Of a DNA stretch of 64,000 nucleotides, positions 1 through 15,260 are shown one piece after another; the stretch's first letter is position 1, and each line of letters starts with the position of its first letter. A program made the translations under genes and the position numbers. The notes beneath the pieces were generated by a model. It did not search any database and was not told the origin of the DNA. It saw nothing but the letters and a program-made list of their open reading frames with translations. Source of the DNA: Eledone cirrhosa (lineage: Eukaryota); NCBI GenBank assembly GCA_964016885.1, contig OZ024758.1, positions 34,844,001 to 34,908,000 of the forward strand, written 5' to 3'.

Positions 1-2879
1 GTGAGAATTCATTTAAGTTCATGGTATTAGCTGTCAGAAGGAACTCCACTGTTGGTGAGAATTCATTTAAGTTCATGGTACTAGCTGTCAGAAGTAACTC
101 CAATGTTGGTGAGAATTCATTTAAGTTCATGGTATTAGCTGTCAGAAGTAACTCCACTGTTGGTGAGTATTCATTTAAGTCATGGTATTAGCTGTCAGAA
201 GTAACTCCACTGTTGGTGAGAATTCATTTAAGTTCATGGTATTAGCTGTCAGAGGTAACTCCACTGTTGGTGAGAATTCATTTAAGTTCATGGTATTAGC
301 TGTCAGAAGTAACTCCACTGTTGGTGAGAATTCATTTACGTTCATGGTATTAGTTTGTCAGAAGTAACTCCACTGTTGGTGAGAATTCATTTAAGTCATG
401 GTATTAGTTGTCAGAAGTAACTCCAATGTTGGTGAGAATTCATTTAAGTTCATGGTAATAGCTGTCAGAAGTAACTCCACTGTTGGTGAGAATTCATTTA
501 AGTCATGGTATTAGCTGTCAGAAGTAACTCCAATGTTGGTGAGAATTCATTTAAGTCATGGTACTAGCTGTCAGAAGTCACTCCACTGTTGGTGAGAATT
601 CATTTAAGTTCATGGTACTAGCTGTCAGAAGTAACCCCAATGTTGGTGAGAATTCATTTAAGTTCATGGTATTAGCTGTCAGAAGTCACTCCAATGTTGG
701 TGAGAATTCATTTAAGTTCATGGTATTAGCTGTCAGAAGTAACTCCACTGTTGGTAAGAATTCATTTAAGTTCATGGTATTAGCTGTCAGAAGTAACTCC
801 ACTGTTGGTGAGAATTCATTTAAGTTCATGGTATTAGCTGTCAGAAGGAACGCCACTGTTGGTGAGAATTCATTTAAGTTCATGGTATTAGCTGTCAGAA
901 GTAACTCCACTGTTGGTGAGAATTCATTTAAGTTCATGGTACTAGCTGTCAGAAGTAACTCCAATGTTGGTGAGAATTCATTTAAGTTCATGGTATTAGC
1001 TGTCAGAAGGAACTCCACTGTTGCTGAGAATTCATTTAAGTTCATGGTATTAGCTGTCAGAAGTAACTCCACTGTTGGTGAGAATTCATTTAAGTTCATG
1101 GTACTAGCTGTCAGAAGTAACTCCACTGTTGGTGAGAATTCATTTAAGTTCATGGTATTAGCTGTCAGAAGTCACTCCAATGTTGGTGAGAATTCATTTA
1201 AGTTCATGGTATTAGCTGTCAGAAGTCACTCCACTGTTGGTGAGAATTCATTTAAGTTCATGGTACTAGCTGTCAGAAGTAACCCCAATGTTGGTGAGAA
1301 ATCATTTAAGTCATGGTATTAGCTGTCAGAAGTAACTCCACTGTTGGTGAGAATTCATTTAAGTTCATGGTATTAGCTGTCAGAAGTAACTCCACTGTTG
1401 GTGAGAATTCATTTAAGTTCATGGTATTAGCTGTCAGAAGTAACTCCACTGTTGGTGAGAATTCATTTAAGTTCATGGTATTAGTTTGTCAGAAGTAACT
1501 CCACTGTTGGTGAGAATTCATTTAAGTCATGGTATTAGTTGTCAGAAGTAACTCCAATGTTGGTGAGAATTCATTTAAGTTCATGGTACTAGCTGTCAGA
1601 AGTAACTCCACTGTTGATGAGAATTCATTTAAGTTCATGGTAATAGCTGTCAGAAGTAACTCCACTGTTGGTGAGAATTCATTTAAGTCATGTTATTAGC
1701 TGTCAGAAGTAACTCCAATGTTGGTGAGAATTCATTTAAGTCATGGTACTAGCTGTCAGAAGTAACTCCAATGTTGGTGAGAATTCATTTAAGTTCATGG
1801 TATTAGCTGTCAGAAGTAACTCCACTGTTGGTGAGAATTCATTTAAGTTCATGGTATTAGCTGTCAGAAGTAACTCCACTGTTGGTGAGAATTCATTTAA
1901 GTCATGGTATTAGCTGTCAGAAGTAACTCCACTGTTGGTGAGAATACATTTAAGTTCATGGTATTAGCTGTCAGAAGGAACGCCACTGTTGGTGAGAATT
2001 CATTTAAGTTCATGGTATTAGCTGTCAGAAGTAACTCCACTGTTGGTGAGAGTTCATTTAATTTCATGGTATTAGCTGTCAGAAGTAACTCCACTGTTGG
2101 TGAGAATTCATTTAAGTCATGGTATTAGCTGTCAGAAGTAACTCCACTGTTGGTGAGAATTCATTTAAGTTCATGGTATTAGCTGTCAGAAGGAACTCCA
2201 CTGTTGGTGAGAATTCATTTAAGTTCATGGTACTAGCTGTCAGAAGTAACTCCAATGTTGGTGAGAATTCATTTAAGTTCATGGTATTAGCTGTCAGAAG
2301 TAACTCCACTGTTGGTGAGTATTCATTTAAGTCATGGTATTAGCTGTCAGAAGTAACTCCACTGTTGGTGAGAATTCATTTAAGTTCATGGTATTAGCTG
2401 TCAGAGGTAACTCCACTGTTGGTGAGAATTCATTTAAGTTCATGGTATTAGCTGTCAGAAGTAACTCCACTGTTGGTGAGAATTCATTTACGTTCATGGT
2501 ATTAGTTTGTCAGAAGTAACTCCACTGTTGGTGAGAATTCATTTAAGTCATGGTATTAGTTGTCAGAAGTAACTCCAATGTTGGTGAGAATTCATTTAAG
2601 TTCATGGTAATAGCTGTCAGAAGTAACTCCACTGTTGGTGAGAATTCATTTAAGTCATGGTATTAGCTGTCAGAAGTAACTCCACTGTTGGTGAGAATTC
2701 ATTTAAGTTCATGGTACTAGCTGTCAGAAGTAACCCCAATGTTGGTGAGAATTCATTTAAGTTCATGGTATTAGCTGTCAGAAGTAACTCCACTGTTGGT
2801 GAGAATTCATTTAAGTTCATGGTACTAGCTGTCAGAAGTAACTCCACTGTTGGTGAGAATTCATTTAAGTTCATGGTAT

Positions 2880-5800
2880 TAGTTTGTCAGAAGTAACTCC
2901 ACTGTTGGTGAGAATTCATTTAAGTCATGGTATTAGTTGTCAGAAGTAACTCCAATGTTGGTGAGAATTCATTTAAGTTCATGGTATTAGCTGTCAGAAG
3001 GAACTCCACTGTTGGTGAGAATTCATTTAAGTTCATGGTATTAGCTGTCAGAAGGAACTCCAATGTTGGTGAGAATTCATTTAAGTCATGGTACTAGCTG
3101 TCAGAAGTAACTCCACTGTTGGTGAGAATTCATTTAAGTTCATGGTATTAGCTGTCAGAAGGAACTCCACTGTTGGTGAGAATTCATTTAAGTTCATGGT
3201 ATTAGCTGTCAGAAGGAACGCCACTGTTGGTGAGAATTCATTTAAGTTCATGGTATTAGCTGTCAGAAGTAACTCCACTGTTGGTGAGAATTCATTTAAG
3301 TTCATGGTACTAGCTGTCAGAAGTAACTCCAATGTTGGTGAGAATTCATTTAAGTTCATGGTATTAGCTGTCGGAAGTAACTCCACTGTTGGTGAGAATT
3401 CATTTAGGTCATGGTATTAGCTGTCAGAAGTAACTCCACTGTTGGTGAGAATTCATTTAAGTTCATGGTATTAGCTGTCAGAAGGAACTCCACTGTTGGT
3501 GAGAATTCATTTAAGTTCATGGTACTAGCTGTCAGAAGTAACTCCAATGTTGGTGAGAATTCATTTAAGTTCATGGTATTAGCTGCCAGAAGTAACTCCA
3601 CTGTTGGTGAGTATTCATTTAAGTCATGGTATTAGCTGTCAGAAGTAACTCCACTGTTGGTGAGAATTCATTTAAGTTCATGGTATTAGCTGTCAGAAGT
3701 AACTCCACTGTTGGTGAGAATTCATTTAAGTTCATGGTATTAGCTGTCAGAAGTAACTCCACTGTTGGTGAGAATTCATTTACGTTCATGGTATTAGTTT
3801 GTCAGAAGTAACTCCACTGTTGGTGAGAATTCATTTAAGTCATGGTATTAGTTGTCAGAAGTAACTCCAATGTTGGTGAGAATTCATTTAAGTTCATGGT
3901 AATAGCTGTCAGAAGTAACTCCACTGTTGGTGAGAATTCATTTAAGTCATGGTATTAGCTGTCAGAAGTAACTCCAATGTTGGTGAGAATTCATTTAAGT
4001 CATGGTACTAGCTGTCAGAAGTCACTCCACTGTTGGTGAGAATTCATTTAAGTTCATGGTACTAGCTGTCAGAAGTAACCCCAATGTTGGTGAGAATTCA
4101 TTTAAGTTCATGGTATTAGCTGTCAGAAGTCACTCCAATGTTGGTGAGAATTCATTTAAGTTCATGGTATTAGTTTGTCAGAAGTAACTCCACTGTTGGT
4201 GAGAATTCATTTAAGTTCATGGTATTAGCTGTCAGAAGTAACTCCACTGTTGGTGAGAATTCATTTAAGTTCATGGTACTAGCTGTCAGAAGTAACTCCA
4301 CTGTTGGTGAGAATTCATTTAAGTTCATGGTATTAGTTTGTCAGAAGTAACTCCACTGTTGGTGAGAATTCATTTAAGTCATGGTATTAGTTGTCAGAAG
4401 TAACTCCAATGTTGGTGAGAATTCATTTAAGTTCATGGTATTAGCTGTCAGAAGGAACTCCACTGTTGGTGAGAATTCATTTAAGTTCATGGTATTAGCT
4501 GTCAGAAGGAACTCCAATGTTGGTGAGAATTCATTTAAGTCATGGTACTAGCTGTCAGAAGTAACTCCACTGTTGGTGAGAATTCATTTAAGTTCATGGT
4601 ATTAGCTGTCAGAAGTCACTCCAATGTTGGTGAGAATTCATTTAAGTTCATGGTATTAGCTGTCAGAAGTAACTCCACTGTTGGTGAGAATTCATTTAAG
4701 TTCATGGTATTAGTTTGTCAGAAGTAACTCCACTGTTGGTGAGAATTCATTTAAGTCATGGTATTAGTTGTCAGAAGTAACTGCAATGTTGGTGAGAATT
4801 CATTTAAGTTCATGGTACTAGCTGTCAGAAGTAACTCCACTGTTGGTGAGAATTCATTTAAGTTCATGGTAATAGCTGTCAGAAGTAACTCCACTGTTGG
4901 TGAGAATTCATTTAAGTCATGTTATTAGCTGTCAGAAGTAACTCCAATGTTGGTGAGAATTCATTTAAGTCATGGTACTAGCTGTCAGAAGTAACTCCAA
5001 TGTTGGTGAGAATTCATTTAAGTTCATGGTATTAGCTGTCAGAAGTAACTCCACTGTTGGTGAGAATTCATTTAAGTTCATGGTATTAGCTGTCAGAAGT
5101 AACTCCACTGTTGGTGAGAATTCATTTAAGTCATGGTATTAGCTGTCAGAAGTAACTCCACTGTTGGTGAGAATTCATTTAAGTTCATGGTATTAGCTGT
5201 CAGAAGGAACGCCACTGTTGGTGAGAATTCATTTAAGTTCATGGTATTAGCTGTCAGAAGTAACTCCACTGTTGGTGAGAATTCATTTAAGTTCATGGTA
5301 TTAGCTGTCAGAAGTAACTCCACTGTTGGTGAGAATTCATTTAAGTTCATAGTACTAGTTGTCAGAAGTAACTCCACTGTTGGTGAGAATTCATTTAAGT
5401 TCATGGTATTAGCTGTCAGAAGTCACTCCAATGTTGGTGAGAATTCATTTAAGTTCATGGTATTAGCTGTCAGAAGTCACTCCACTGTTGGTGAGAATTC
5501 ATTTAAGTTCATGGTACTAGCTGTCAGAAGTAACCCCAATGTTGGTGAGAATTCATTTAAGTTCATGGTATTAGCTGTCAGAAGTCACTCCAATGTTGGT
5601 GAGAATTCATTTAAGTTCATGGTATTAGCTGTCAGAAGTAACTCCACTGTTGGTGAGAATTCATTTAAGTTCATGGTATTAGCTGTCAGAAGGAACACCA
5701 CTGTTGGTGAGAATTCATTTAAGTTCATGGTACTAGCTGTCAGAAGTAACTCCACTGTTGGTGAGAATTCATTTAAGTTCATGGTATTAGTTTGTCAGAA

Positions 5801-8800
5801 GTAACTCCACTGTTGGTGAGAATTCATTTAAGTTCATGGTATTAGCTGTCAGAAGTAACTCCACTGTTGGTGAGAATTCATTTAAGTTCATGGTACTAGC
5901 TGTCAGAAGTAACTCCACTGTTGGTGAGAATTCATTTAAGTTCATGGTATTAGTTTGTCAGAAGTAACTCCACTGTTGGTGAGAATTCATTTAAGTCATG
6001 GTATTAGTTGTCAGAAGTAACTCCAATGTTGGTGAGAATTCATTTAAGTTCATGGTATTAGCTGTCAGAAGGAACTCCACTGTTGGTGAGAATTCATTTA
6101 AGTTCATGGTATTAGCTGTCAGAAGGAACTCCAATGTTGGTGAGAATTCATTTAAGTCATGGTACTAGCTGTCAGAAGTAACTCCACTGTTGGTGAGAAT
6201 TCATTTAAGTTCATGGTATTAGCTGTCAGAAGGAACTCCACTGTTGGTGAGAATTCATTTAAGTTCATGGTATTAGCTGTCAGAAGGAACGCCACTGTTG
6301 GTGAGAATTCATTTAAGTTCATGGTATTAGCTGTCAGAAGTAACTCCACTGTTGGTGAGAATTCATTTAAGTTCATGGTACTAGCTGTCAGAAGTAACTC
6401 CAATGTTGGTGAGAATTCATTTAAGTTCATGGTATTAGCTGTCAGAAGTAACTCCACTGTTGGTGAGAATTCATTTAAGTCATGGTATTAGCTGTCAGAA
6501 GTAACTCCACTGTTGGTGAGAATTCATTTAAGTTCATGGTATTAGCTGTCAGAAGGAACTCCACTGTTGGTGAGAATTCATTTAAGTTCATGGTACTAGC
6601 TGTCAGAAGTAACTCCAATGTTGGTGAGAATTCATTTAAGTTCATGGTATTAGCTGCCAGAAGTAACTCCACTGTTGGTGAGTATTCATTTAAGTCATGG
6701 TATTAGCTGTCAGAAGTAACTCCACTGTTGGTGAGAATTCATTTAAGTTCATGGTATTAGCTGTCAGAAGTAACTCCACTGTTGGTGAGAATTCATTTAA
6801 GTTCATGGTATTAGCTGTCAGAAGTAACTCCACTGTTGGTGAGAATTCATTTACGTTCATGGTATTAGTTTGTCAGAAGTAACTCCACTGTTGGTGAGAA
6901 TTCATTTAAGTCATGGTATTAGTTGTCAGAAGTAACTCCAATGTTGGTGAGAATTCATTTAAGTTCATGGTAATAGCTGTCAGAAGTAACTCCACTGTTG
7001 GTGAGAATTCATTTAAGTCATGGTATTAGCTGTCAGAAGTAACTCCAATGTTGGTGAGAATTCATTTAAGTCATGGTACTAGCTGTCAGAAGTCACTCCA
7101 CTGTTGGTGAGAATTCATTTAAGTTCATGGTACTAGCTGTCAGAAGTAACCCCAATGTTGGTGAGAATTCATTTAAGTTCATGGTATTAGCTGTCAGAAG
7201 TCACTCCAATGTTGGTGAGAATTCATTTAAGTTCATGGTATTAGTTTGTCAGAAGTAACTCCACTGTTGGTGAGAATTCATTTAAGTTCATGGTATTAGC
7301 TGTCAGAAGTAACTCCACTGTTGGTGAGAATTCATTTAAGTTCATGGTACTAGCTGTCAGAAGTAACTCCACTGTTGGTGAGAATTCATTTAAGTTCATG
7401 GTATTAGTTTGTCAGAAGTAACTCCACTGTTGGTGAGAATTCATTTAAGTCATGGTATTAGTTGTCAGAAGTAACTCCAATGTTGGTGAGAATTCATTTA
7501 AGTTCATGGTATTAGCTGTCAGAAGGAACTCCACTGTTGGTGAGAATTCATTTAAGTTCATGGTATTAGCTGTCAGAAGGAACTCCAATGTTGGTGAGAA
7601 TTCATTTAAGTCATGGTACTAGCTGTCAGAAGTAACTCCACTGTTGGTGAGAATTCATTTAAGTTCATGGTATTAGCTGTCAGAAGGAACTCCACTGTTG
7701 GTGAGAATTCATTTAAGTTCATGGTATTAGCTGTCAGAAGGAACGCCACTGTTGGTGAGAATTCATTTAAGTTCATGGTATTAGCTGTCAGAAGGAACTC
7801 CACTGTTGGTGAGAATTCATTTAAGTTCATGGTATTAGCTGTCAGAAGGAACGCCACTGTTGGTGAGAATTCATTTAAGTTCATGGTATTAGCTGTCAGA
7901 AGTAACTCCACTGTTGGTGAGAATTCATTTAAGTTCATGGTACTAGCTGTCAGAAGTAACTCCACTGTTGGTGAGAATTCATTTAAGTTCATGGTATTAG
8001 TTTGTCAGAAGTAACTCCACTGTTGGTGAGAATTCATTTAAGTCATGGTATTAGTTGTCAGAAGTAACTCCAATGTTGGTGAGAATTCATTTAAGTTCAT
8101 GGTATTAGCTGTCAGAAGGAACTCCACTGTTGGTGAGAATTCATTTAAGTTCATGGTATTAGCTGTCAGAAGGAACTCCAATGTTGGTGAGAATTCATTT
8201 AAGTCATGGTACTAGCTGTCAGAAGTAACTCCACTGTTGGTGAGAATTCATTTAAGTTCATGGTATTAGCTGTCAGAAGTCACTCCAATGTTGGTGAGAA
8301 TTCATTTAAGTTCATGGTATTAGCTGTCAGAAGTAACTCCACTGTTGGTGAGAATTCATTTAAGTTCATGGTATTAGTTTGTCAGAAGTAACTCCACTGT
8401 TGGTGAGAATTCATTTAAGTCATGGTATTAGTTGTCAGAAGTAACTGCAATGTTGGTGAGAATTCATTTAAGTTCATGGTACTAGCTGTCAGAAGTAACT
8501 CCACTGTTGGTGAGAATTCATTTAAGTTCATGGTAATAGCTGTCAGAAGTAACTCCACTGTTGGTGAGAATTCATTTAAGTCATGTTATTAGCTGTCAGA
8601 AGTAACTCCAATGTTGGTGAGAATTCATTTAAGTCATGGTACTAGCTGTCAGAAGTAACTCCAATGTTGGTGAGAATTCATTTAAGTTCATGGTATTAGC
8701 TGTCAGAAGTAACTCCACTGTTGGTGAGAATTCATTTAAGTTCATGGTATTAGCTGTCAGAAGTAACTCCACTGTTGGTGAGAATTCATTTAAGTCATGG

Positions 8801-11200
8801 TATTAGCTGTCAGAAGTAACTCCACTGTTGGTGAGAATTCATTTAAGTTCATGGTATTAGCTGTCAGAAGGAACGCCACTGTTGGTGAGAATTCATTTAA
8901 GTTCATGGTATTAGCTGTCAGAAGTAACTCCACTGTTGGTGAGAATTCATTTAAGTTCATGGTATTAGCTGTCAGAAGTAACTCCACTGTTGGTGAGAAT
9001 TCATTTAAGTTCATAGTACTAGTTGTCAGAAGTAACTCCACTGTTGGTGAGAATTCATTTAAGTTCATGGTATTAGCTGTCAGAAGTCACTCCAATGTTG
9101 GTGAGAATTCATTTAAGTTCATGGTATTAGCTGTCAGAAGTCACTCCACTGTTGGTGAGAATTCATTTAAGTTCATGGTACTAGCTGTCAGAAGTAACCC
9201 CAATGTTGGTGAGAATTCATTTAAGTTCATGGTATTAGCTGTCAGAAGTCACTCCAATGTTGGTGAGAATTCATTTAAGTTCATGGTATTAGCTGTCAGA
9301 AGTAACTCCACTGTTGGTGAGAATTCATTTAAGTTCATGGTACTAGCTGTCAGAAGTAACTCCACTGTTGGTGAGAATTCATTTAAGTTCATGGTATTAG
9401 TTTGTCAGAAGTAACTCCACTGTTGGTGAGAATTCATTTAAGTTCATGGTATTAGCTGTCAGAAGTAACTCCACTGTTGGTGAGAATTCATTTAAGTTCA
9501 TGGTACTAGCTGTCAGAAGTAACTCCACTGTTGGTGAGAATTCATTTAAGTTCATGGTATTAGTTTGTCAGAAGTAACTCCACTGTTGGTGAGAATTCAT
9601 TTAAGTCATGGTATTAGTTGTCAGAAGTAACTCCAATGTTGGTGAGAATTCATTTAAGTTCATGGTATTAGCTGTCAGAAGGAACTCCACTGTTGGTGAG
9701 AATTCATTTAAGTTCATGGTATTAGCTGTCAGAAGGAACTCCAATGTTGGTGAGAATTCATTTAAGTCATGGTACTAGCTGTCAGAAGTAACTCCACTGT
9801 TGGTGAGAATTCATTTAAGTTCATGGTATTAGCTGTCAGAAGGAACTCCACTGTTGGTGAGAATTCATTTAAGTTCATGGTATTAGCTGTCAGAAGGAAC
9901 GCCACTGTTGGTGAGAATTCATTTAAGTTCATGGTATTAGCTGTCAGAAGTAACTCCACTGTTGGTGAGAATTCATTTAAGTTCATGGTACTAGCTGTCA
10001 GAAGTAACTCCAATGTTGGTGAGAATTCATTTAAGTTCATGGTATTAGCTGTCAGAAGTAACTCCACTGTTGGTGAGAATTCATTTAAGTCATGGTATTA
10101 GCTGTCAGAAGTAACTCCACTGTTGGTGAGAATTCATTTAAGTTCATGGTATTAGCTGTCAGAAGGAACTCCACTGTTGGTGAGAATTCATTTAAGTTCA
10201 TGGTACTAGCTGTCAGAAGTAACTCCAATGTTGGTGAGAATTCATTTAAGTTCATGGTATTAGCTGCCAGAAGTAACTCCACTGTTGGTGAGTATTCATT
10301 TAAGTCATGGTATTAGCTGTCAGAAGTAACTCCACTGTTGGTGAGAATTCATTTAAGTTCATGGTATTAGCTGTCAGAAGTAACTCCACTGTTGGTGAGA
10401 ATTCATTTAAGTTCATGGTATTAGCTGTCAGAAGTAACTCCACTGTTGGTGAGAATTCATTTACGTTCATGGTATTAGTTTGTCAGAAGTAACTCCACTG
10501 TTGGTGAGAATTCATTTAAGTCATGGTATTAGTTGTCAGAAGTAACTCCAATGTTGGTGAGAATTCATTTAAGTTCATGGTAATAGCTGTCAGAAGTAAC
10601 TCCACTGTTGGTGAGAATTCATTTAAGTCATGGTATTAGCTGTCAGAAGTAACTCCAATGTTGGTGAGAATTCATTTAAGTCATGGTACTAGCTGTCAGA
10701 AGTCACTCCACTGTTGGTGAGAATTCATTTAAGTTCATGGTACTAGCTGTCAGAAGTAACCCCAATGTTGGTGAGAATTCATTTAAGTTCATGGTATTAG
10801 CTGTCAGAAGTCACTCCAATGTTGGTGAGAATTCATTTAAGTTCATGGTATTAGTTTGTCAGAAGTAACTCCACTGTTGGTGAGAATTCATTTAAGTTCA
10901 TGGTATTAGCTGTCAGAAGTAACTCCACTGTTGGTGAGAATTCATTTAAGTTCATGGTACTAGCTGTCAGAAGTAACTCCACTGTTGGTGAGAATTCATT
11001 TAAGTTCATGGTATTAGTTTGTCAGAAGTAACTCCACTGTTGGTGAGAATTCATTTAAGTCATGGTATTAGTTGTCAGAAGTAACTCCAATGTTGGTGAG
11101 AATTCATTTAAGTTCATGGTATTAGCTGTCAGAAGGAACTCCACTGTTGGTGAGAATTCATTTAAGTTCATGGTATTAGCTGTCAGAAGGAACTCCAATG
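2880..11200. repeat. Irregular higher-order repeat region with ~3.07 kb and ~3.6 kb periods
   Basis: Matching variant series at constant offsets. Offset 3071: 3088/6159, 3411/6482, 3626/6697, 4002/7073. Offset 3664: 4542/8206, 5133/8797. Offset 3610: 6159/9769, 6482/10092, 6697/10307, 7073/10683. Boundaries approximate. Confidence 0.8.
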
Positions 11201-14200
11201 TTGGTGAGAATTCATTTAAGTCATGGTACTAGCTGTCAGAAGTAACTCCACTGTTGGTGAGAATTCATTTAAGTTCATGGTATTAGCTGTCAGAAGGAAC
11301 TCCACTGTTGGTGAGAATTCATTTAAGTTCATGGTATTAGCTGTCAGAAGGAACGCCACTGTTGGTGAGAATTCATTTAAGTTCATGGTATTAGCTGTCA
11401 GAAGTAACTCCACTGTTGGTGAGAATTCATTTAAGTTCATGGTACTAGCTGTCAGAAGTAACTCCAATGTTGGTGAGAATTCATTTAAGTTCATGGTATT
11501 AGCTGTCGGAAGTAACTCCACTGTTGGTGAGAATTCATTTAAGTCATGGTATTAGCTGTCAGAAGTAACTCCACTGTTGGTGATAATTCATTTAAGTTCA
11601 TGGTATTAGCTGTCAGAAGGAACTCCACTGTTGGTGAGAATTCATTTAAGTTCATGGTACTAGCTGTCAGAAGTAACTCCAATGTTGGTGAGAATTCATT
11701 TAAGTTCATGGTATTAGCTGCCAGAAGTAACTCCACTGTTGGTGAGTATTCATTTAAGTCATGGTATTAGCTGTCAGAAGTAACTCCACTGTTGGTGAGA
11801 ATTCATTTACGTTCATGGTATTAGTTTGTCAGAAGTAACTCCACTGTTGGTGAGAATTCATTTAAGTCATGGTATTAGTTGTCAGAAGTAACTCCAATGT
11901 TGGTGAGAATTCATTTAAGTTCATGGTAATAGCTGTCAGAAGTAACTCCACTGTTGGTGAGAATTCATTTAAGTCATGGTATTAGCTGTCAGAAGTAACT
12001 CCAATGTTGGTGAGAATTCATTTAAGTCATGGTACTAGCTGTCAGAAGTCACTCCACTGTTGGTGAGAATTCATTTAAGTTCATGGTACTAGCTGTCAGA
12101 AGTAACCCCAATGTTGGTGAGAATTCATTTAAGTTCATGGTATTAGCTGTCAGAAGTCACTCCAATGTTGGTGAGAATTCATTTAAGTTCATGGTATTAG
12201 TTTGTCAGAAGTAACTCCACTGTTGGTGAGAATTCATTTAAGTTCATGGTATTAGCTGTCAGAAGTAACTCCACTGTTGGTGAGAATTCATTTAAGTTCA
12301 TGGTACTAGCTGTCAGAAGTAACTCCACTGTTGGTGAGAATTCATTTAAGTTCATGGTATTAGTTTGTCAGAAGTAACTCCACTGTTGGTGAGAATTCAT
12401 TTAAGTCATGGTATTAGTTGTCAGAAGTAACTCCAATGTTGGTGAGAATTCATTTAAGTTCATGGTATTAGCTGTCAGAAGGAACTCCACTGTTGGTGAG
12501 AATTCATTTAAGTTCATGGTATTAGCTGTCAGAAGGAACTCCAATGTTGGTGAGAATTCATTTAAGTCATGGTACTAGCTGTCAGAAGTAACTCCACTGT
12601 TGGTGAGAATTCATTTAAGTTCATGGTATTAGCTGTCAGAAGTCACTCCAATGTTGGTGAGAATTCATTTAAGTTCATGGTATTAGCTGTCAGAAGTAAC
12701 TCCACTGTTGGTGAGAATTCATTTAAGTTCATGGTATTAGTTTGTCAGAAGTAACTCCACTGTTGGTGAGAATTCATTTAAGTCATGGTATTAGTTGTCA
12801 GAAGTAACTGCAATGTTGGTGAGAATTCATTTAAGTTCATGGTACTAGCTGTCAGAAGTAACTCCACTGTTGGTGAGAATTCATTTAAGTTCATGGTAAT
12901 AGCTGTCAGAAGTAACTCCACTGTTGGTGAGAATTCATTTAAGTCATGTTATTAGCTGTCAGAAGTAACTCCAATGTTGGTGAGAATTCATTTAAGTCAT
13001 GGTACTAGCTGTCAGAAGTAACTCCAATGTTGGTGAGAATTCATTTAAGTTCATGGTATTAGCTGTCAGAAGTAACTCCACTGTTGGTGAGAATTCATTT
13101 AAGTTCATGGTATTAGCTGTCAGAAGTAACTCCACTGTTGGTGAGAATTCATTTAAGTTCATGGTATTAGCTGTCAGAAGTAACTCCACTGTTGGTGAGA
13201 ATTCATTTACGTTCATGGTATTAGTTTGTCAGAAGTAACTCCACTGTTGGTGAGAATTCATTTAAGTCATGGTATTAGTTGTCAGAAGTAACTCCAATGT
13301 TGGTGAGAATTCATTTAAGTTCATGGTAATAGCTGTCAGAAGTAACTCCACTGTTGGTGAGAATTCATTTAAGTCATGGTATTAGCTGTCAGAAGTAACT
13401 CCAATGTTGGTGAGAATTCATTTAAGTCATGGTACTAGCTGTCAGAAGTCACTCCACTGTTGGTGAGAATTCATTTAAGTTCATGGTACTAGCTGTCAGA
13501 AGTAACCCCAATGTTGGTGAGAATTCATTTAAGTTCATGGTATTAGCTGTCAGAAGTCACTCCAATGTTGGTGAGAATTCATTTAAGTTCATGGTATTAG
13601 TTTGTCAGAAGTAACTCCACTGTTGGTGAGAATTCATTTAAGTTCATGGTATTAGCTGTCAGAAGTAACTCCACTGTTGGTGAGAATTCATTTAAGTTCA
13701 TGGTACTAGCTGTCAGAAGTAACTCCACTGTTGGTGAGAATTCATTTAAGTTCATGGTATTAGTTTGTCAGAAGTAACTCCACTGTTGGTGAGAATTCAT
13801 TTAAGTCATGGTATTAGTTGTCAGAAGTAACTCCAATGTTGGTGAGAATTCATTTAAGTTCATGGTATTAGCTGTCAGAAGGAACTCCACTGTTGGTGAG
13901 AATTCATTTAAGTTCATGGTATTAGCTGTCAGAAGGAACTCCAATGTTGGTGAGAATTCATTTAAGTCATGGTACTAGCTGTCAGAAGTAACTCCACTGT
14001 TGGTGAGAATTCATTTAAGTTCATGGTATTAGCTGTCAGAAGGAACTCCACTGTTGGTGAGAATTCATTTAAGTTCATGGTATTAGCTGTCAGAAGGAAC
14101 GCCACTGTTGGTGAGAATTCATTTAAGTTCATGGTATTAGCTGTCAGAAGTAACTCCACTGTTGGTGAGAATTCATTTAAGTTCATGGTACTAGCTGTCA

Positions 14201-15260
14201 GAAGTAACTCCAATGTTGGTGAGAATTCATTTAAGTTCATGGTATTAGCTGTCGGAAGTAACTCCACTGTTGGTGAGAATTCATTTAAGTCATGGTATTA
14301 GCTGTCAGAAGTAACTCCACTGTTGGTGATAATTCATTTAAGTTCATGGTATTAGCTGTCAGAAGGAACTCCACTGTTGGTGAGAATTCATTTAAGTTCA
14401 TGGTACTAGCTGTCAGAAGTAACTCCAATGTTGGTGAGAATTCATTTAAGTTCATGGTATTAGCTGCCAGAAGTAACTCCACTGTTGGTGAGTATTCATT
14501 TAAGTCATGGTATTAGCTGTCAGAAGTAACTCCACTGTTGGTGAGAATTCATTTACGTTCATGGTATTAGTTTGTCAGAAGTAACTCCACTGTTGGTGAG
14601 AATTCATTTAAGTCATGGTATTAGTTGTCAGAAGTAACTCCAATGTTGGTGAGAATTCATTTAAGTTCATGGTAATAGCTGTCAGAAGTAACTCCACTGT
14701 TGGTGAGAATTCATTTAAGTCATGGTATTAGCTGTCAGAAGTAACTCCAATGTTGGTGAGAATTCATTTAAGTCATGGTACTAGCTGTCAGAAGTCACTC
14801 CACTGTTGGTGAGAATTCATTTAAGTTCATGGTACTAGCTGTCAGAAGTAACCCCAATGTTGGTGAGAATTCATTTAAGTTCATGGTATTAGCTGTCAGA
14901 AGTCACTCCAATGTTGGTGAGAATTCATTTAAGTTCATGGTATTAGTTTGTCAGAAGTAACTCCACTGTTGGTGAGAATTCATTTAAGTTCATGGTATTA
15001 GCTGTCAGAAGTAACTCCACTGTTGGTGAGAATTCATTTAAGTTCATGGTACTAGCTGTCAGAAGTAACTCCACTGTTGGTGAGAATTCATTTAAGTTCA
15101 TGGTATTAGTTTGTCAGAAGTAACTCCACTGTTGGTGAGAATTCATTTAAGTCATGGTATTAGTTGTCAGAAGTAACTCCAATGTTGGTGAGAATTCATT
15201 TAAGTTCATGGTATTAGCTGTCAGAAGGAACTCCACTGTTGGTGAGAATTCATTTAAGTT
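10420..15260. repeat. Block duplication, offset 2746 bp (~51 monomers)
   Basis: 10683/13429, 11223/13969, 11546/14292 and 12029/14775 all differ by 2746. Both copies share the rare variants GTCGGAAG and GATAATTC. Confidence 0.85.
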
